From a virus (Duplodnaviria; Caudoviricetes): DNA of 26,180 nt. Of this stretch, positions 11,770 to 21,106 are shown piece by piece (within the stretch, counting starts at the first letter, position 1; each line of letters begins with the position of its first letter). The notes under the pieces were generated by a model, which searched no databases, was not told the origin of the DNA, and saw nothing but the letters and a program-made list of their open reading frames with translations. The stretch is taken from IMG/VR virus record IMGVR_UViG_3300017766_004685, positions 1 to 26,180 of that record; one strand, 5' to 3'. The position numbers and the translations under genes were made by a program.

Positions 11770-13272
11770 TTATACCTGGGCAAACTCCTCTGAGTCGGCG
11801 TTTTCAGCAGGCTCGTCGTCAGAGTTTGCGTATTTTCTATTGATGGAGGCTACCTTGGAACTGCAGGCTAGAATAGCAGTTTTGCGGTTTGCCTGCGCCA
11901 CAAGGCCGGGCCCTACCTGGATGTCGAGCAAGGTATCGCTGGTGCTTGAGCTCTTTAGCGTCGGAAGGATGCTGCGCAGGGTAGCCTCCGACACCAGTCC
12001 GAGCTGGTACATCGCCAGCATGGGAATCCACTTGTCGAGATTGCCTGACTCGAAGATCCCAATTGGCACCTCGACGCAAGCAGCCCCTGGGACCACAGGC
12101 TCCAGTGTCGAGGAGATTGCCTCGAAGCGCACGAACTGCGCACCTTCAAACACAGGTTTGACCCCGCAGACCAGCATCAACGTGGAGATCAGGTACCTGG
12201 CCTCGGCTGCCTGGCCATAGTGATTGTTCCTCAGATGCCGCATATGGCAGTTGCCTACCTCCGACTGCAGTGAATGAAACGGCTCCTTGCCGCTCAGGCA
12301 CTTCGTGAAGTAAAGCTCCAGCAGCTTGCGGGCATTGCCCAGCCCGGTTATGTTTGTAAACGTAGGGTAGGTCTCATGGATGCTGGAGGACTTCTGGTGC
12401 TTGGTGTGGCTGGACCCACCGGAACATTCCAACAGACCGATCAGCTGAGCATTCATCACGGAGATGCCGGACTCCTGGATCTCGAACCAGTGATGCTCCA
12501 GGGTGTACGGCCACAGCGAGGACTTGGGCGGCTTGCGCCACTTTATCTCGTGCGAATCGTCGATGACCTTGCTGGACCGCACCACCTTGTAGGCAAGCTG
12601 GCCACCCATGTGCGCCAGATCCCAGGTGCCCACCTGGCCCGAGTTGGCATCCTTAGTGAGATTTCCAAAGGTCTTGGACGACGAGTTGCGCGTGCCAGTG
12701 TCCGTGCAGTCCATCAGCATGTGCAGTGCTTCGATTCGTTGGGCCTGTGGGGCCTTGTCGTTGATCAACATGCGCATGTTGTACACGTTGGACGTCATGG
12801 CATTGACCAGCGCTTCCTCGGGAGCAAACTCTACGTAGCCCAGGATGGCCATCTTCACGAAGTCAGTCACCTGGATCTTGAATCCAGCCGCCCGTGCCAG
12901 GTCGTAGTAGCTGTTGCCGGAGACGTTGGTGATTGGATTGCCTGCGTCGATGCTGCGCAGGATCTTTATGGTCTTGGGAGTGAGCTTCAGGCCTGCCGAA
13001 TTCACGGCAGCCTCGGAGTCCAGCACCATCAGGGTGTTCGCAGGCAGCTGCGGGGCCGTGGAGGAGATGAATGCGCGGAAGTACGCAATCGCCCTGCCGC
13101 CGATCACGACAGGCAGGAAGATGGTGACGTCCCCATCGCTGTCCTTGAGCAGTAGCGGATGGTTGCCCCGCTGGTCTAGGAACTTATGCTCGAAATTCGT
13201 TCCCTTGAAGGTGCTGGTGTACACCTTGTATGCTGTCTCCAGCATGTTCATTATGTTGAGTATGTAGTTCAT
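11770..13272 (-). CDS. Hypothetical protein (500 aa)
   Basis: Long ORF with an ATGA overlap to the vWA gene. No motif recognised. Confidence 0.85.
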   Translation of the reverse strand: MNYILNIMNMLETAYKVYTSTFKGTNFEHKFLDQRGNHPLLLKDSDGDVTIFLPVVIGGRAIAYFRAFISSTAPQLPANTLMVLDSEAAVNSAGLKLTPKTIKILRSIDAGNPITNVSGNSYYDLARAAGFKIQVTDFVKMAILGYVEFAPEEALVNAMTSNVYNMRMLINDKAPQAQRIEALHMLMDCTDTGTRNSSSKTFGNLTKDANSGQVGTWDLAHMGGQLAYKVVRSSKVIDDSHEIKWRKPPKSSLWPYTLEHHWFEIQESGISVMNAQLIGLLECSGGSSHTKHQKSSSIHETYPTFTNITGLGNARKLLELYFTKCLSGKEPFHSLQSEVGNCHMRHLRNNHYGQAAEARYLISTLMLVCGVKPVFEGAQFVRFEAISSTLEPVVPGAACVEVPIGIFESGNLDKWIPMLAMYQLGLVSEATLRSILPTLKSSSTSDTLLDIQVGPGLVAQANRKTAILACSSKVASINRKYANSDDEPAENADSEEFAQV

Positions 13273-14495
13273 GCGTCGATGTCCACTCTGATGACCTTGC
13301 CGTAAGGCGGCGTCACCTGGCTGTTGACCACCCAGATGACGTCGAAACCGGGATCCTTGCCGAAGTCGCCGTATCCGTCCGTGAAGTAGACCAGCACGTC
13401 CACGTCCGGCTTTTCCTGCTGCAGGTGCTCCATGACCGGGACGAAGGAAGTACCCCCTCCGCCCTTGAGTTCCGGAACCTGCTCATTTGGATTGATCCAT
13501 TTTGCATTGTGCACCTGGGTGTCGCACTCGATCAGGTACAGGGGCACCTTGTACTGCCGGCGTATGGAGTTCATCTCGCCGATGGCCAGGTCGAGGTCCT
13601 GTGGACGCATCGATCCCGAGGTGTCCACGCTGAAGGCCAGGCATGGTTTCTTCTTGCCTACCCGGCTGGTCATGATGACGTCCTGGTACAGGTAGCGTCT
13701 GTTGGGCGGCGTGAAGGTGTGGCGGCTGCCCGACCGCATGCAGAACTTCTGCCGGAGATATGCCGCGAGATGCTCGTGCCATGCGATCTTGGGCTGCATC
13801 ATGCTGTCGATTAACCTGCTCATGAAGCCAGGGCAGTCTCCTGCAATCTGACTGCGGGTGGCTGCTTCCAGCCCCGCATCCTCCCAGCCCTGGGCATCCG
13901 CAGGCATGGTCTCCGAACGCTCCCGGACAACGAAGCCCGGGCCTCCCTCGGATCCGTCCCCGTCACCAGGCCACATGTCGTTGCCCTTGCCCAGGCCGTC
14001 AGGCAGGCCTGCCGTGCCTGTACGGTCCTTGTCCTTGTACTGCTTGTAGAGCTCCTCGTACACCATCTCCGTGGTGCAGTCGTCCGGCACAGTGATTCCA
14101 AACTTATCGGCCGTGCAGAACCGGGACAGGTCGAGGCCGAAGCCCTTGGACTTGAAGTGCTCGTTCAGCATGTGGTTGATCAGGATATCGCCCGATATGT
14201 TCCACATCATTCCGTCGCGTGCCAGCTGGCGGGGAAAGTGTCCGAGCAGCATGTGCATTACCTCGTGCGCAAGCACGAAGTGCATCATGCGGTCGGAATT
14301 GGATGAGTAGAATTCCTGGTTGATCAGGATGTCGCCCTTGGCGTTCACGCATGCCGTGCTGCATGCGTGCTCCTTGGGCACCACCCGTACCCGGCACTTC
14401 TCGATGAGAAACGCCCAGAACGGGAAGTCGCGGTACATCATGAACATCAGCTTGTCTGTGCGCTTCTTGAGCGCGTTCTTGATCGTGTCGTCCAT
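13269..14495 (-). CDS. Metallopeptidase-like (HExxH) plus vWA domain protein (DUF2201-type)
   Basis: LAHEVMH, WNISGDILIN, MIDAS DTSGSM, GGGGTSF, YFTDGYG. Adjacent to a MoxR ATPase. Confidence 0.9.
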   Translation of the reverse strand: MDDTIKNALKKRTDKLMFMMYRDFPFWAFLIEKCRVRVVPKEHACSTACVNAKGDILINQEFYSSNSDRMMHFVLAHEVMHMLLGHFPRQLARDGMMWNISGDILINHMLNEHFKSKGFGLDLSRFCTADKFGITVPDDCTTEMVYEELYKQYKDKDRTGTAGLPDGLGKGNDMWPGDGDGSEGGPGFVVRERSETMPADAQGWEDAGLEAATRSQIAGDCPGFMSRLIDSMMQPKIAWHEHLAAYLRQKFCMRSGSRHTFTPPNRRYLYQDVIMTSRVGKKKPCLAFSVDTSGSMRPQDLDLAIGEMNSIRRQYKVPLYLIECDTQVHNAKWINPNEQVPELKGGGGTSFVPVMEHLQQEKPDVDVLVYFTDGYGDFGKDPGFDVIWVVNSQVTPPYGKVIRVDIDA

Positions 14496-14498
14496 GGC

Positions 14499-15518
14499 TC
14501 ACTTCGTGTAGGAGGTCAGCAGGGCGCGGTGCTTGGCAAGCCAGGCCTTGGCATCTGCGGATGCGGTGATTGCCTTGAGGTACTTGTCGCTCTCCTGGGC
14601 CACGATGCCGCCGAAGAACATGGATCCGATCTCGGGCCGGATCCGGCTCATCGCGGCGGATGCCTTGTTGATGAGCGCGGGATTCTTGATGCAACGGAAC
14701 AGCACGTTGGAGACGATGGCGTAGGTGGTGGACAGCTTGTTCGGGCCGTCCTCGTATGCAACCTTTCCGTCGAGCAGATCGTCGATGTTGGGCATGTTCT
14801 TGATCTCGGTGCGGTACTGGCGGAACCAGCTTGCAGCTGCCTTGCCTACCGCGCCCTCGATGGCGTCTACGTCATGAATGTCGTTCTTTAGCAGCCGGGA
14901 CACCATGGTCCAGCCGCGAGGAGTCGGGAAGTTGCCGTACTCGTCGGCCGGATCATTGTACAGGTGCTGGCCCGAAGTCGAGGCCATGAAGCCGAGGACG
15001 TCCTCATGGATGGAGTTTGCAATCGCCCAGTTGCGCCACTGGTTGAAGTCGGCCTCCATCTCGATGATCACGAAGCGGTTGCGCAGTGGGGCAGACAGCG
15101 GATTCACGTGGGCCTTGTGGCCGGACTTGTTGCCGCAGGCCACGATCCACCAGCCGTCGCCGAGCTTGTGCGGACCGCACCGCCGGTCAAGGATAAACTG
15201 CAGCGCCGCGTTCTGCACCGAAGGGTCGGCGGTATTCAGCTCGTCGAACAGGATGATGCCCTTGCCATCCCGGGGCAGGAAGTCGGGCTTCGCCCAGTCG
15301 ACGCTGAACTCGGTGCCATTTCCATTGCGATTCACCACCGGCATGCCTCGCATGTCGACTGGCTCCAGCATGCTCAGCCGGACGTCCTTGACCTCGTCGC
15401 CTTCTGCAACCTGCTTGCAGATCTCCGACTTGCCGATCCCTGGTCCGCCGAAGATGAGCAGCGGTACGTTTGCCTTGCGGTAGTTCTTGAGTGTCTCTAC
15501 GTAGTTCTTTGAGCTCAT
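14499..15518 (-). CDS. MoxR-like AAA+ ATPase
   Basis: Walker A GGPGIGKS, Walker B ILFDELN, ACGN, PLRNRF, FPTPRGW. Start re-set to ATG 15518. Confidence 0.92.
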   Translation of the reverse strand: MSSKNYVETLKNYRKANVPLLIFGGPGIGKSEICKQVAEGDEVKDVRLSMLEPVDMRGMPVVNRNGNGTEFSVDWAKPDFLPRDGKGIILFDELNTADPSVQNAALQFILDRRCGPHKLGDGWWIVACGNKSGHKAHVNPLSAPLRNRFVIIEMEADFNQWRNWAIANSIHEDVLGFMASTSGQHLYNDPADEYGNFPTPRGWTMVSRLLKNDIHDVDAIEGAVGKAAASWFRQYRTEIKNMPNIDDLLDGKVAYEDGPNKLSTTYAIVSNVLFRCIKNPALINKASAAMSRIRPEIGSMFFGGIVAQESDKYLKAITASADAKAWLAKHRALLTSYTK

Positions 15519-15526
15519 GGGTTCCG

Positions 15527-15736
15527 TCACTCCGTGCTTGCGATGAAGATGTCCTTGATGCTTACCTCGATCTCTGTCACTATGTCGCCTGCGTCCACTC
15601 TGTCGTGGCACAGGTCTTCGAATTGATCCTCGTCAAGGACCTTTATTATGCAGCCGTCCAGCGTGTTCCACGTCTCCATGTCCGGAAACACCACTATCGG
15701 TATGCGCTGCTTCTTGCCGGTTGATCCGTCAGGCAT
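15527..15736 (-). CDS. Small hypothetical protein (69 aa)
   Basis: Overlaps the upstream stop, SD GGAGAAGG, acidic. Confidence 0.75.
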   Translation of the reverse strand: MPDGSTGKKQRIPIVVFPDMETWNTLDGCIIKVLDEDQFEDLCHDRVDAGDIVTEIEVSIKDIFIASTE

Positions 15737-16142
15737 TCGCCTTCTCCGCTATTGCATCGTTTATCGCGCTGACCATGGTCTGCGCGCTTGCGATGTAGGC
15801 CTTGTAGGCCATTAGCTCCGAGGTGTGCACCCCGTGGGCCTCGCAGCACATGGTCCTGTGCAGTTCGGTGGTCTTGTTGTAGCCGTACGTGCGCTCCACG
15901 GCGCGGTACGCGTGGCCGGACGGAAACACCGACTGGCTCACGAACGTCTCATCGAAGAAATCAGGTCCGAAGAAGTCGCTGAGCCTGTCGACGTGCTCCA
16001 TGGTCAGCAGCGAGTCCTCGCCCTGCCGGAACCTATGCAGGTCATCGACCGACATGCCGATCAGGCTGGCTATCTCGGACTCCGACATCACCTTGGACTC
16101 CAGCAGCATCTGGAGTGCGTTTTGAGTAATCTTGGATATCAT
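15729..16142 (-). CDS. XRE-like helix-turn-helix protein
   Basis: MSESEIASLIGMSVDDLHRFRQGE..LTMEHVDRLSDFFG fits the XRE pattern. Start re-set to ATG 16142. Confidence 0.75.
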   Translation of the reverse strand: MISKITQNALQMLLESKVMSESEIASLIGMSVDDLHRFRQGEDSLLTMEHVDRLSDFFGPDFFDETFVSQSVFPSGHAYRAVERTYGYNKTTELHRTMCCEAHGVHTSELMAYKAYIASAQTMVSAINDAIAEKANA

Positions 16143-16243
16143 GGATGTGCAAGTGCTAAATGCAGGGCAATGCCCAGAATGTGCGAATACTGCCGAGCCC
16201 ACCCCATACTGCTCGGGGCGAGCTTCGGCAGAAGAGTGGCGGA

Positions 16244-17320
16244 TTACTTGGCTGGAGCGGTCTGCTCCACGTTGGTCTTCACTTCTACGTTGACAGGCGG
16301 AAGAGCCTGCTGCTCGAAGGCAGGGGTTGCATTGATCACGACGTTCTTGTAGTCGACGTTGTAGCCCATGTCCTCAAGACACAGGATCGCGTCGCTCTGA
16401 TGCGACGTGATGTCGACCCTCCGGCCGAACACGAAACTTTCGGCCAGGTTGAACCTGGACCATGCTTCCGGCCGGATACACCACCACGGCACGGTGTTCT
16501 TGAACCTGGCGGCGTCGGCCTTGATCGTCCACCGGTTCAGCATTGCCTCGTCCAGGGTGTTCATTCCTGCATGAGGCTTCTCCATCACCTTCTTCAGGAC
16601 GGCGCTCAAGGCCTGCTCAGCGCCTGGGATCTTGAACAAGGTCGCATCCAGCGCCTCGAAGCTGCATGCGTAGGCCCTGAAGACCTTCAGGAGCGACGCT
16701 CCGAAGATCCTCTTGAAGATGTCCTGCACGGCCTTCGAGGCGAGGCAGTGAGGGCAGCCCTGGCCGGAGATGCAATGCTTGAGCATCGCATCCATGGCGA
16801 AGAGCTTCTGGTCATGGTCGTTCAGATCGACCATGCCGTAGTCCCGTGGAACCCACAGCACCGGCTCGTTGACGAGCCACTGCGGGTTCTTGTGCTTGAT
16901 GATGGCGTAACGCAGTGCCACCGCCGCTGTGCCCGGGACATTGGGCAACAGCATGGCAGTCTCCTCCTGGAGGCTCTCGTCGAGCTCATGGAGTTCCTTC
17001 TCGTCGATCTGCTGGCCCTTGAGGAAAAACCTCCTGTTCCTAGGAGCCAGCATCTCGGCGGGAAGCTCGACGTCGGTCAGCCAGCTGAACCCGACCTGAG
17101 GGCAACCGTTGACGGTCGTGACCTCGAAGTCGAAGAACTGCCGGTGAGCCGAGATCATGTTGTGCCTGCCTCTTCGAATAAGGCAGGAACACATGTTGTT
17201 CGTGGGGGCCACGAACATGTTGTACTTGGACCTGTAGAGGTCCATGTATTTCTGGTCCCATTCGGAAATGAGACCAAGGGACCGCGTTATGGTCCCTATT
17301 TGCGGGGATCTTGAGTCCAT
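16244..17320 (-). CDS. Hypothetical protein (358 aa) with C-x5-C-x2-C
   Basis: Long ORF downstream of a promoter-like motif; HCISGQGCPHC. Confidence 0.8.
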   Translation of the reverse strand: MDSRSPQIGTITRSLGLISEWDQKYMDLYRSKYNMFVAPTNNMCSCLIRRGRHNMISAHRQFFDFEVTTVNGCPQVGFSWLTDVELPAEMLAPRNRRFFLKGQQIDEKELHELDESLQEETAMLLPNVPGTAAVALRYAIIKHKNPQWLVNEPVLWVPRDYGMVDLNDHDQKLFAMDAMLKHCISGQGCPHCLASKAVQDIFKRIFGASLLKVFRAYACSFEALDATLFKIPGAEQALSAVLKKVMEKPHAGMNTLDEAMLNRWTIKADAARFKNTVPWWCIRPEAWSRFNLAESFVFGRRVDITSHQSDAILCLEDMGYNVDYKNVVINATPAFEQQALPPVNVEVKTNVEQTAPAK

Positions 17321-17425
17321 CCTAGATCCGTCCTTGAAGTGAAAAACGGCCGTTGATCAGACGGCCAGGCCTTTGATTGACGGTTGGTTTTCACTGATCC
17401 ACTAACAGCGAAGGACCGTCAGGTT

Positions 17426-17454
17426 ATTTTAACCCACTATATGCGGGTATTTTA
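17426..17454 (-). promoter_or_regulatory. Putative phage promoter TAAAATA-N16-TAAAAT
   Basis: Variant with a spacer one base longer, in the intergenic gap upstream of the 16244..17320 gene. Confidence 0.5.
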
Positions 17455-17703
17455 GGCGCTGTCGACGTCAAGCTTGCGCCGCTCACCGAGGTCCTCAAGC
17501 ACCAGTTTTCCCGAGTCCGTGGCCTTCAGCCTGTAACTGCACAGCCGCTTGCCGGAGTTCGTCGTGGTGGTCAACACCATGACCATGGCGTTCTTGGCCT
17601 TTCCGTAGAAGGCAGGCTCCACGGTCATGACCACGCCCTTGCCGTCCTTGGGGAACGTCACCTCGGCCTCCATGGGATCAGGTTCGTATGCGTTGATCTT
17701 CAT
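17452..17703 (-). CDS. Hypothetical protein (83 aa)
   Basis: Start re-set to ATG 17703 (TGATG coupling, GAGGG upstream). Confidence 0.8.
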   Translation of the reverse strand: MKINAYEPDPMEAEVTFPKDGKGVVMTVEPAFYGKAKNAMVMVLTTTTNSGKRLCSYRLKATDSGKLVLEDLGERRKLDVDSA

Positions 17704-18350
17704 CAGTTGGCCCTCAGTTTGGAGAACAGTGTAAGGGCTTCTCCTGCCCCTGCCCCGTTGCGGGTGACGCTGGTGCACTGGAACGGAGGTCCGTTCTTGA
17801 GATTCAGGTATATCTTGCCTGCGCTGTTGGACGGCAGGAAGAAGCAGATCTCTACGAATTCCTTTATGCCTATCACCTGCATGGTCTGCAGCTTGACCGG
17901 ATCACGCAGCTGGACCTGCTGTTCCTCGGAGCCGAACAGTATCTTGTTTCCGTCCTTGTCCAGAGCCATCCACTTGGCATCCGCCATCCATCTGCGGAAG
18001 ACTTCCCAGTCCTCCTTCGCCAGCCCCTGGACGTAGCGACTCCATCCAGGGTCCGGGGAAGCGACTCCTGGTGGAGGCTGCACATCCTCCACCAGGAGCG
18101 ACGATGGAAGAACGAAATTGACCACCTCAAGCCGCCTGTTGGTGTGCCTTGCGCACAGCTCGAACAGGCTGACCGGAATCCGCAGGTACATGTGCATCGT
18201 GTTGACGAAGCAGAACCTGTAGTCCCTGGAGTAGGACTGCATGTCCTTGTCCAGCGCCACGTAGGTCTCCCTGACGAGATCGCTCTCTATGACGCGGCTT
18301 TCGTCAGGGGTTCCGGTGAATATCGAGGGCTTGAGGATGTCGTCGGCCAT
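17703..18350 (-). CDS. Hypothetical protein (215 aa)
   Basis: ORF tightly packed with its neighbours. Confidence 0.8.
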   Translation of the reverse strand: MADDILKPSIFTGTPDESRVIESDLVRETYVALDKDMQSYSRDYRFCFVNTMHMYLRIPVSLFELCARHTNRRLEVVNFVLPSSLLVEDVQPPPGVASPDPGWSRYVQGLAKEDWEVFRRWMADAKWMALDKDGNKILFGSEEQQVQLRDPVKLQTMQVIGIKEFVEICFFLPSNSAGKIYLNLKNGPPFQCTSVTRNGAGAGEALTLFSKLRAN

Positions 18351-18353
18351 TTA

Positions 18354-18677
18354 TTATCCTAGGCTGAGCTCTGGGCTCTTGGACTCGGCGCCAGGCTGCG
18401 ATTCCTGGGCCTCGGAATCCTGCTGGGCCTTCATCAGCAGGAGCTGCAGGTTGTTGTGGATGATGCGGAGCGAGCCGAGGGTGTCGGCGGCATCCGTCCC
18501 ACTGAGCACGAAGCTCTGCGTGTTGTCGTGCAGCACTCCGGTCTGGGTGCGCACCTTAGTCGTGACCTTGATCTCCAGGAGCTCTCCTTCGCCCTTTGGG
18601 TTCGGGAAGCGGGAGAAAGTTGTGCTTTCGTTTAGGAGTGCGATCTTTGAGCTTGACTCGTTCTGTGTATTGCTCAC
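18354..18677 (-). CDS. Hypothetical protein (107 aa)
   Basis: GTG at 18677 preceded by GAGGA. Overlaps the RuvC tail. Confidence 0.7.
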   Translation of the reverse strand: MSNTQNESSSKIALLNESTTFSRFPNPKGEGELLEIKVTTKVRTQTGVLHDNTQSFVLSGTDAADTLGSLRIIHNNLQLLLMKAQQDSEAQESQPGAESKSPELSLG

Positions 18678-19221
18678 CTTTGAATTCCTCGTATTGCTTT
18701 CTTGACCTGAACGCCATGTATACCGACAGGGCGTCATAGACGTGTTCGTTCAAACCTTCCACTATGTTTCCGCGCTTGCCCCTGACCCAGTCCGAGAACT
18801 CCGGGAACTCGGCCTTGACCGCGTCGCGCACCTGATGCTTCTCTGCGGTTGCGTCGCCCGTGGCTGCCTTCTTGGCCTCGAACGGAGTAACCAGGGTGCA
18901 AGGCATCTTCCTGCTGCACAGCACCGCACATGCTGCACCGCGGGCAACAGCCATGCTGCGTGCCGCCGAAGCGCTCTTGGAGCCTCCCGTGGGGCATTCC
19001 AGGGCTACGTGCTCCGGTTTCCACTGCACCAGTATGGCCTCAAGCCCGTTTACCAGCTCCTGGGTCCTGCGCCACTCGTCGTCTGCCACCTTCTGCGAGC
19101 CCTTGTCCGTATGCAGAGTCGCTACATGGAGTATCCGGTCCTTTTCCAAAGGACGGATTTCCACCACCGCTACTCCGGTGTTGGCAAGGGCTAGGTCTAG
19201 GCAGACGATTATGCGGTTCAT
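18556..19221 (-). CDS. ruvC: RuvC-like Holliday junction resolvase
   Basis: CLDLALANTGVAVV, VALECP, TPFEAKKAATG..TAEKHQV, EHVYDAL give the RuvC catalytic pattern. Confidence 0.88.
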   Translation of the reverse strand: MNRIIVCLDLALANTGVAVVEIRPLEKDRILHVATLHTDKGSQKVADDEWRRTQELVNGLEAILVQWKPEHVALECPTGGSKSASAARSMAVARGAACAVLCSRKMPCTLVTPFEAKKAATGDATAEKHQVRDAVKAEFPEFSDWVRGKRGNIVEGLNEHVYDALSVYMAFRSRKQYEEFKGEQYTERVKLKDRTPKRKHNFLPLPEPKGRRRAPGDQGHD

Positions 19222-19707
19222 TTACTTATTGTCTTCCGACTCGTCGTTCTCATCCAGCCGGAACTCCCAGTCCTTTGCAGGATTGTCCTGGTTTTCCGGC
19301 GGCTTGAGGAACTCCTTGGGATTCATGAGATCGTTGAGAAGACTGTGGAACGAACCCACCTGATCGTCGGTGAGCTTGCCGAATATCTTCTTGTCGAACG
19401 GACTGTTGAACATCGGCGGCATATCGCTGACAGGAATGAATTCCACGTACTTGGCAGTTTCCTGCGGATTCACGGTATGCGCGCAGTCGAGCAGATTATC
19501 CAGCGTAGGAGCTTCTCCCAGGATAAGCGGATTGATGGAGGTCCAGTGGCCGTCCCTGGCCAACTCGAATCCGCTGTATACGGTGATGCCGCTCTGCACC
19601 TTCACGTTGGTAAGGAAACCCAGCTCTCCTTCCTCGTTAAGTGCAAACCTGTTGATGCACTGCGTCTTGTCTGGAAAGTCAGACGCGGGCTTTAGTCCTG
19701 GGTTCAT
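19222..19707 (-). CDS. Hypothetical protein (161 aa)
   Basis: Start re-set to ATG 19707 (TGATG coupling, AAAGGGG upstream). Confidence 0.8.
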   Translation of the reverse strand: MNPGLKPASDFPDKTQCINRFALNEEGELGFLTNVKVQSGITVYSGFELARDGHWTSINPLILGEAPTLDNLLDCAHTVNPQETAKYVEFIPVSDMPPMFNSPFDKKIFGKLTDDQVGSFHSLLNDLMNPKEFLKPPENQDNPAKDWEFRLDENDESEDNK

Positions 19708-20210
19708 CAGTCCAGCCCCTTTCCGAGGGTGCGCAGCAGGTTGTCTGCAGCGCTGTTGATGGGCGAGTCCATGTACTGCTTGACGTTGTTTATGCGCATG
19801 ATGGCAGCCTGGTGCCAGATGCGGAATATCACGTCTCCAAGGTTCTTGAGCACCCAGGTGCGGGCCTGCCATGGCAGATCCACGAACCCAGACGCCAGGT
19901 AGGCCTCTTCCGGAGTCGCATGGCTCAGGCCGTCCCGTGAAAGCAGGTAGCGCATCGCAAGCACCGCCTTCTTCATGTCCTCCTCGGAGATGTTCAGGGT
20001 GGTGGTTGATACCTGCGTATCCACGGACTGGATGAGCTTGCACATTCCCACGAATGCGCCGGGAAGGCAATTCAGGATGTCGTGCTGCGGCACGTAGGTC
20101 TCGTTGACCGAATTGGATCCATGCCGGCCTACGGACAGCATGTTGCTTGAGTCGAACGGCAGCGGCATTCCCACCGGCACGCTCAAGGATCTTCTGAGAT
20201 CGTCTGACAT
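19707..20210 (-). CDS. Hypothetical protein (167 aa)
   Basis: AAAGGA upstream; coupled to its neighbours. Confidence 0.8.
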   Translation of the reverse strand: MSDDLRRSLSVPVGMPLPFDSSNMLSVGRHGSNSVNETYVPQHDILNCLPGAFVGMCKLIQSVDTQVSTTTLNISEEDMKKAVLAMRYLLSRDGLSHATPEEAYLASGFVDLPWQARTWVLKNLGDVIFRIWHQAAIMRINNVKQYMDSPINSAADNLLRTLGKGLD

Positions 20211-21106
20211 ATGTTTTTTCCTTTGATTAGCAGCTCTGTCTCAGGCATCGACCTTATCGTAGAGGGCCTGCACCCTCTTTCACATGTATCGTAGCCTACA
20301 GGACAATCATGGCAAAGACAAGTTCTTTTAACAGGACATGGGGAATTTCGCAACTCAAGCAATGCCTTGTTGTGCCGCTTGTGATCTGCACTGCACTTTA
20401 TGACGTGCACCATGTCAATGTTCGTAGGCAGGACCACCCTGCGCTTGCCGTGCAGGCCCTCGAAGAAATGGGCATCCCACCCTGCAGTAGGATATATGTT
20501 GAGCCGCATACCGACAGCCTGGCGCAGCCCGGACATGTAGTACCTGTCCTTGCCTATCTTCCTGACCACCCCCAGCACGTGGGATAGCAGCTTTATTCGC
20601 TTCGCATCCATGGGAATGGCGAATATGAATCCCGCGCCCGGGCCGTCGACGAGCTTGACCTTGTAGCATTCCTTGCCGGTCTGCCCGTCGACGGCCAGGT
20701 CGGTTATGGCCCCCGACATCCAGCCCTTCTCCTCGACCCGGTTGTTGAAGAGATCCACGGTCTCCCCTGCCTGCACCCGCTTGCGGTTTCCAGCAAGTTG
20801 CCAGCATATGAGGTTCACCGTGCTCATCGTCAGCTCGCAGCCTATGAAGCACTGCATGAGCTTGTTGTATGCGTCGGGATTGGAGACATTGAACTCCTTT
20901 TTGGCAATGCCTGCCATGGAGTAGACGTCCCCGCGCTCCGCAATGCCTGTGAAGGCATTCAGCTTGTGCCGGAGCAAGGTGTAGGCCTCCACAGCCTTCT
21001 CGTACTCCGTGTACCTGGGCTTGGATGGCAGCTTCAGCTTGTCGTTGCTTGCCGCTATCTTCGCCTTTACGCTGATTGCCATCTGGGTCTTGTCGAACTT
21101 AGCCAT
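20183..21106 (-). CDS. Hypothetical protein (307 aa) with a C-terminal Cys cluster
   Basis: CPVKRTCLCHDCPVGYDTCERGC is a probable metal-binding motif. Confidence 0.8.
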   Translation of the reverse strand: MAKFDKTQMAISVKAKIAASNDKLKLPSKPRYTEYEKAVEAYTLLRHKLNAFTGIAERGDVYSMAGIAKKEFNVSNPDAYNKLMQCFIGCELTMSTVNLICWQLAGNRKRVQAGETVDLFNNRVEEKGWMSGAITDLAVDGQTGKECYKVKLVDGPGAGFIFAIPMDAKRIKLLSHVLGVVRKIGKDRYYMSGLRQAVGMRLNIYPTAGWDAHFFEGLHGKRRVVLPTNIDMVHVIKCSADHKRHNKALLELRNSPCPVKRTCLCHDCPVGYDTCERGCRPSTIRSMPETELLIKGKNICQTISEDP

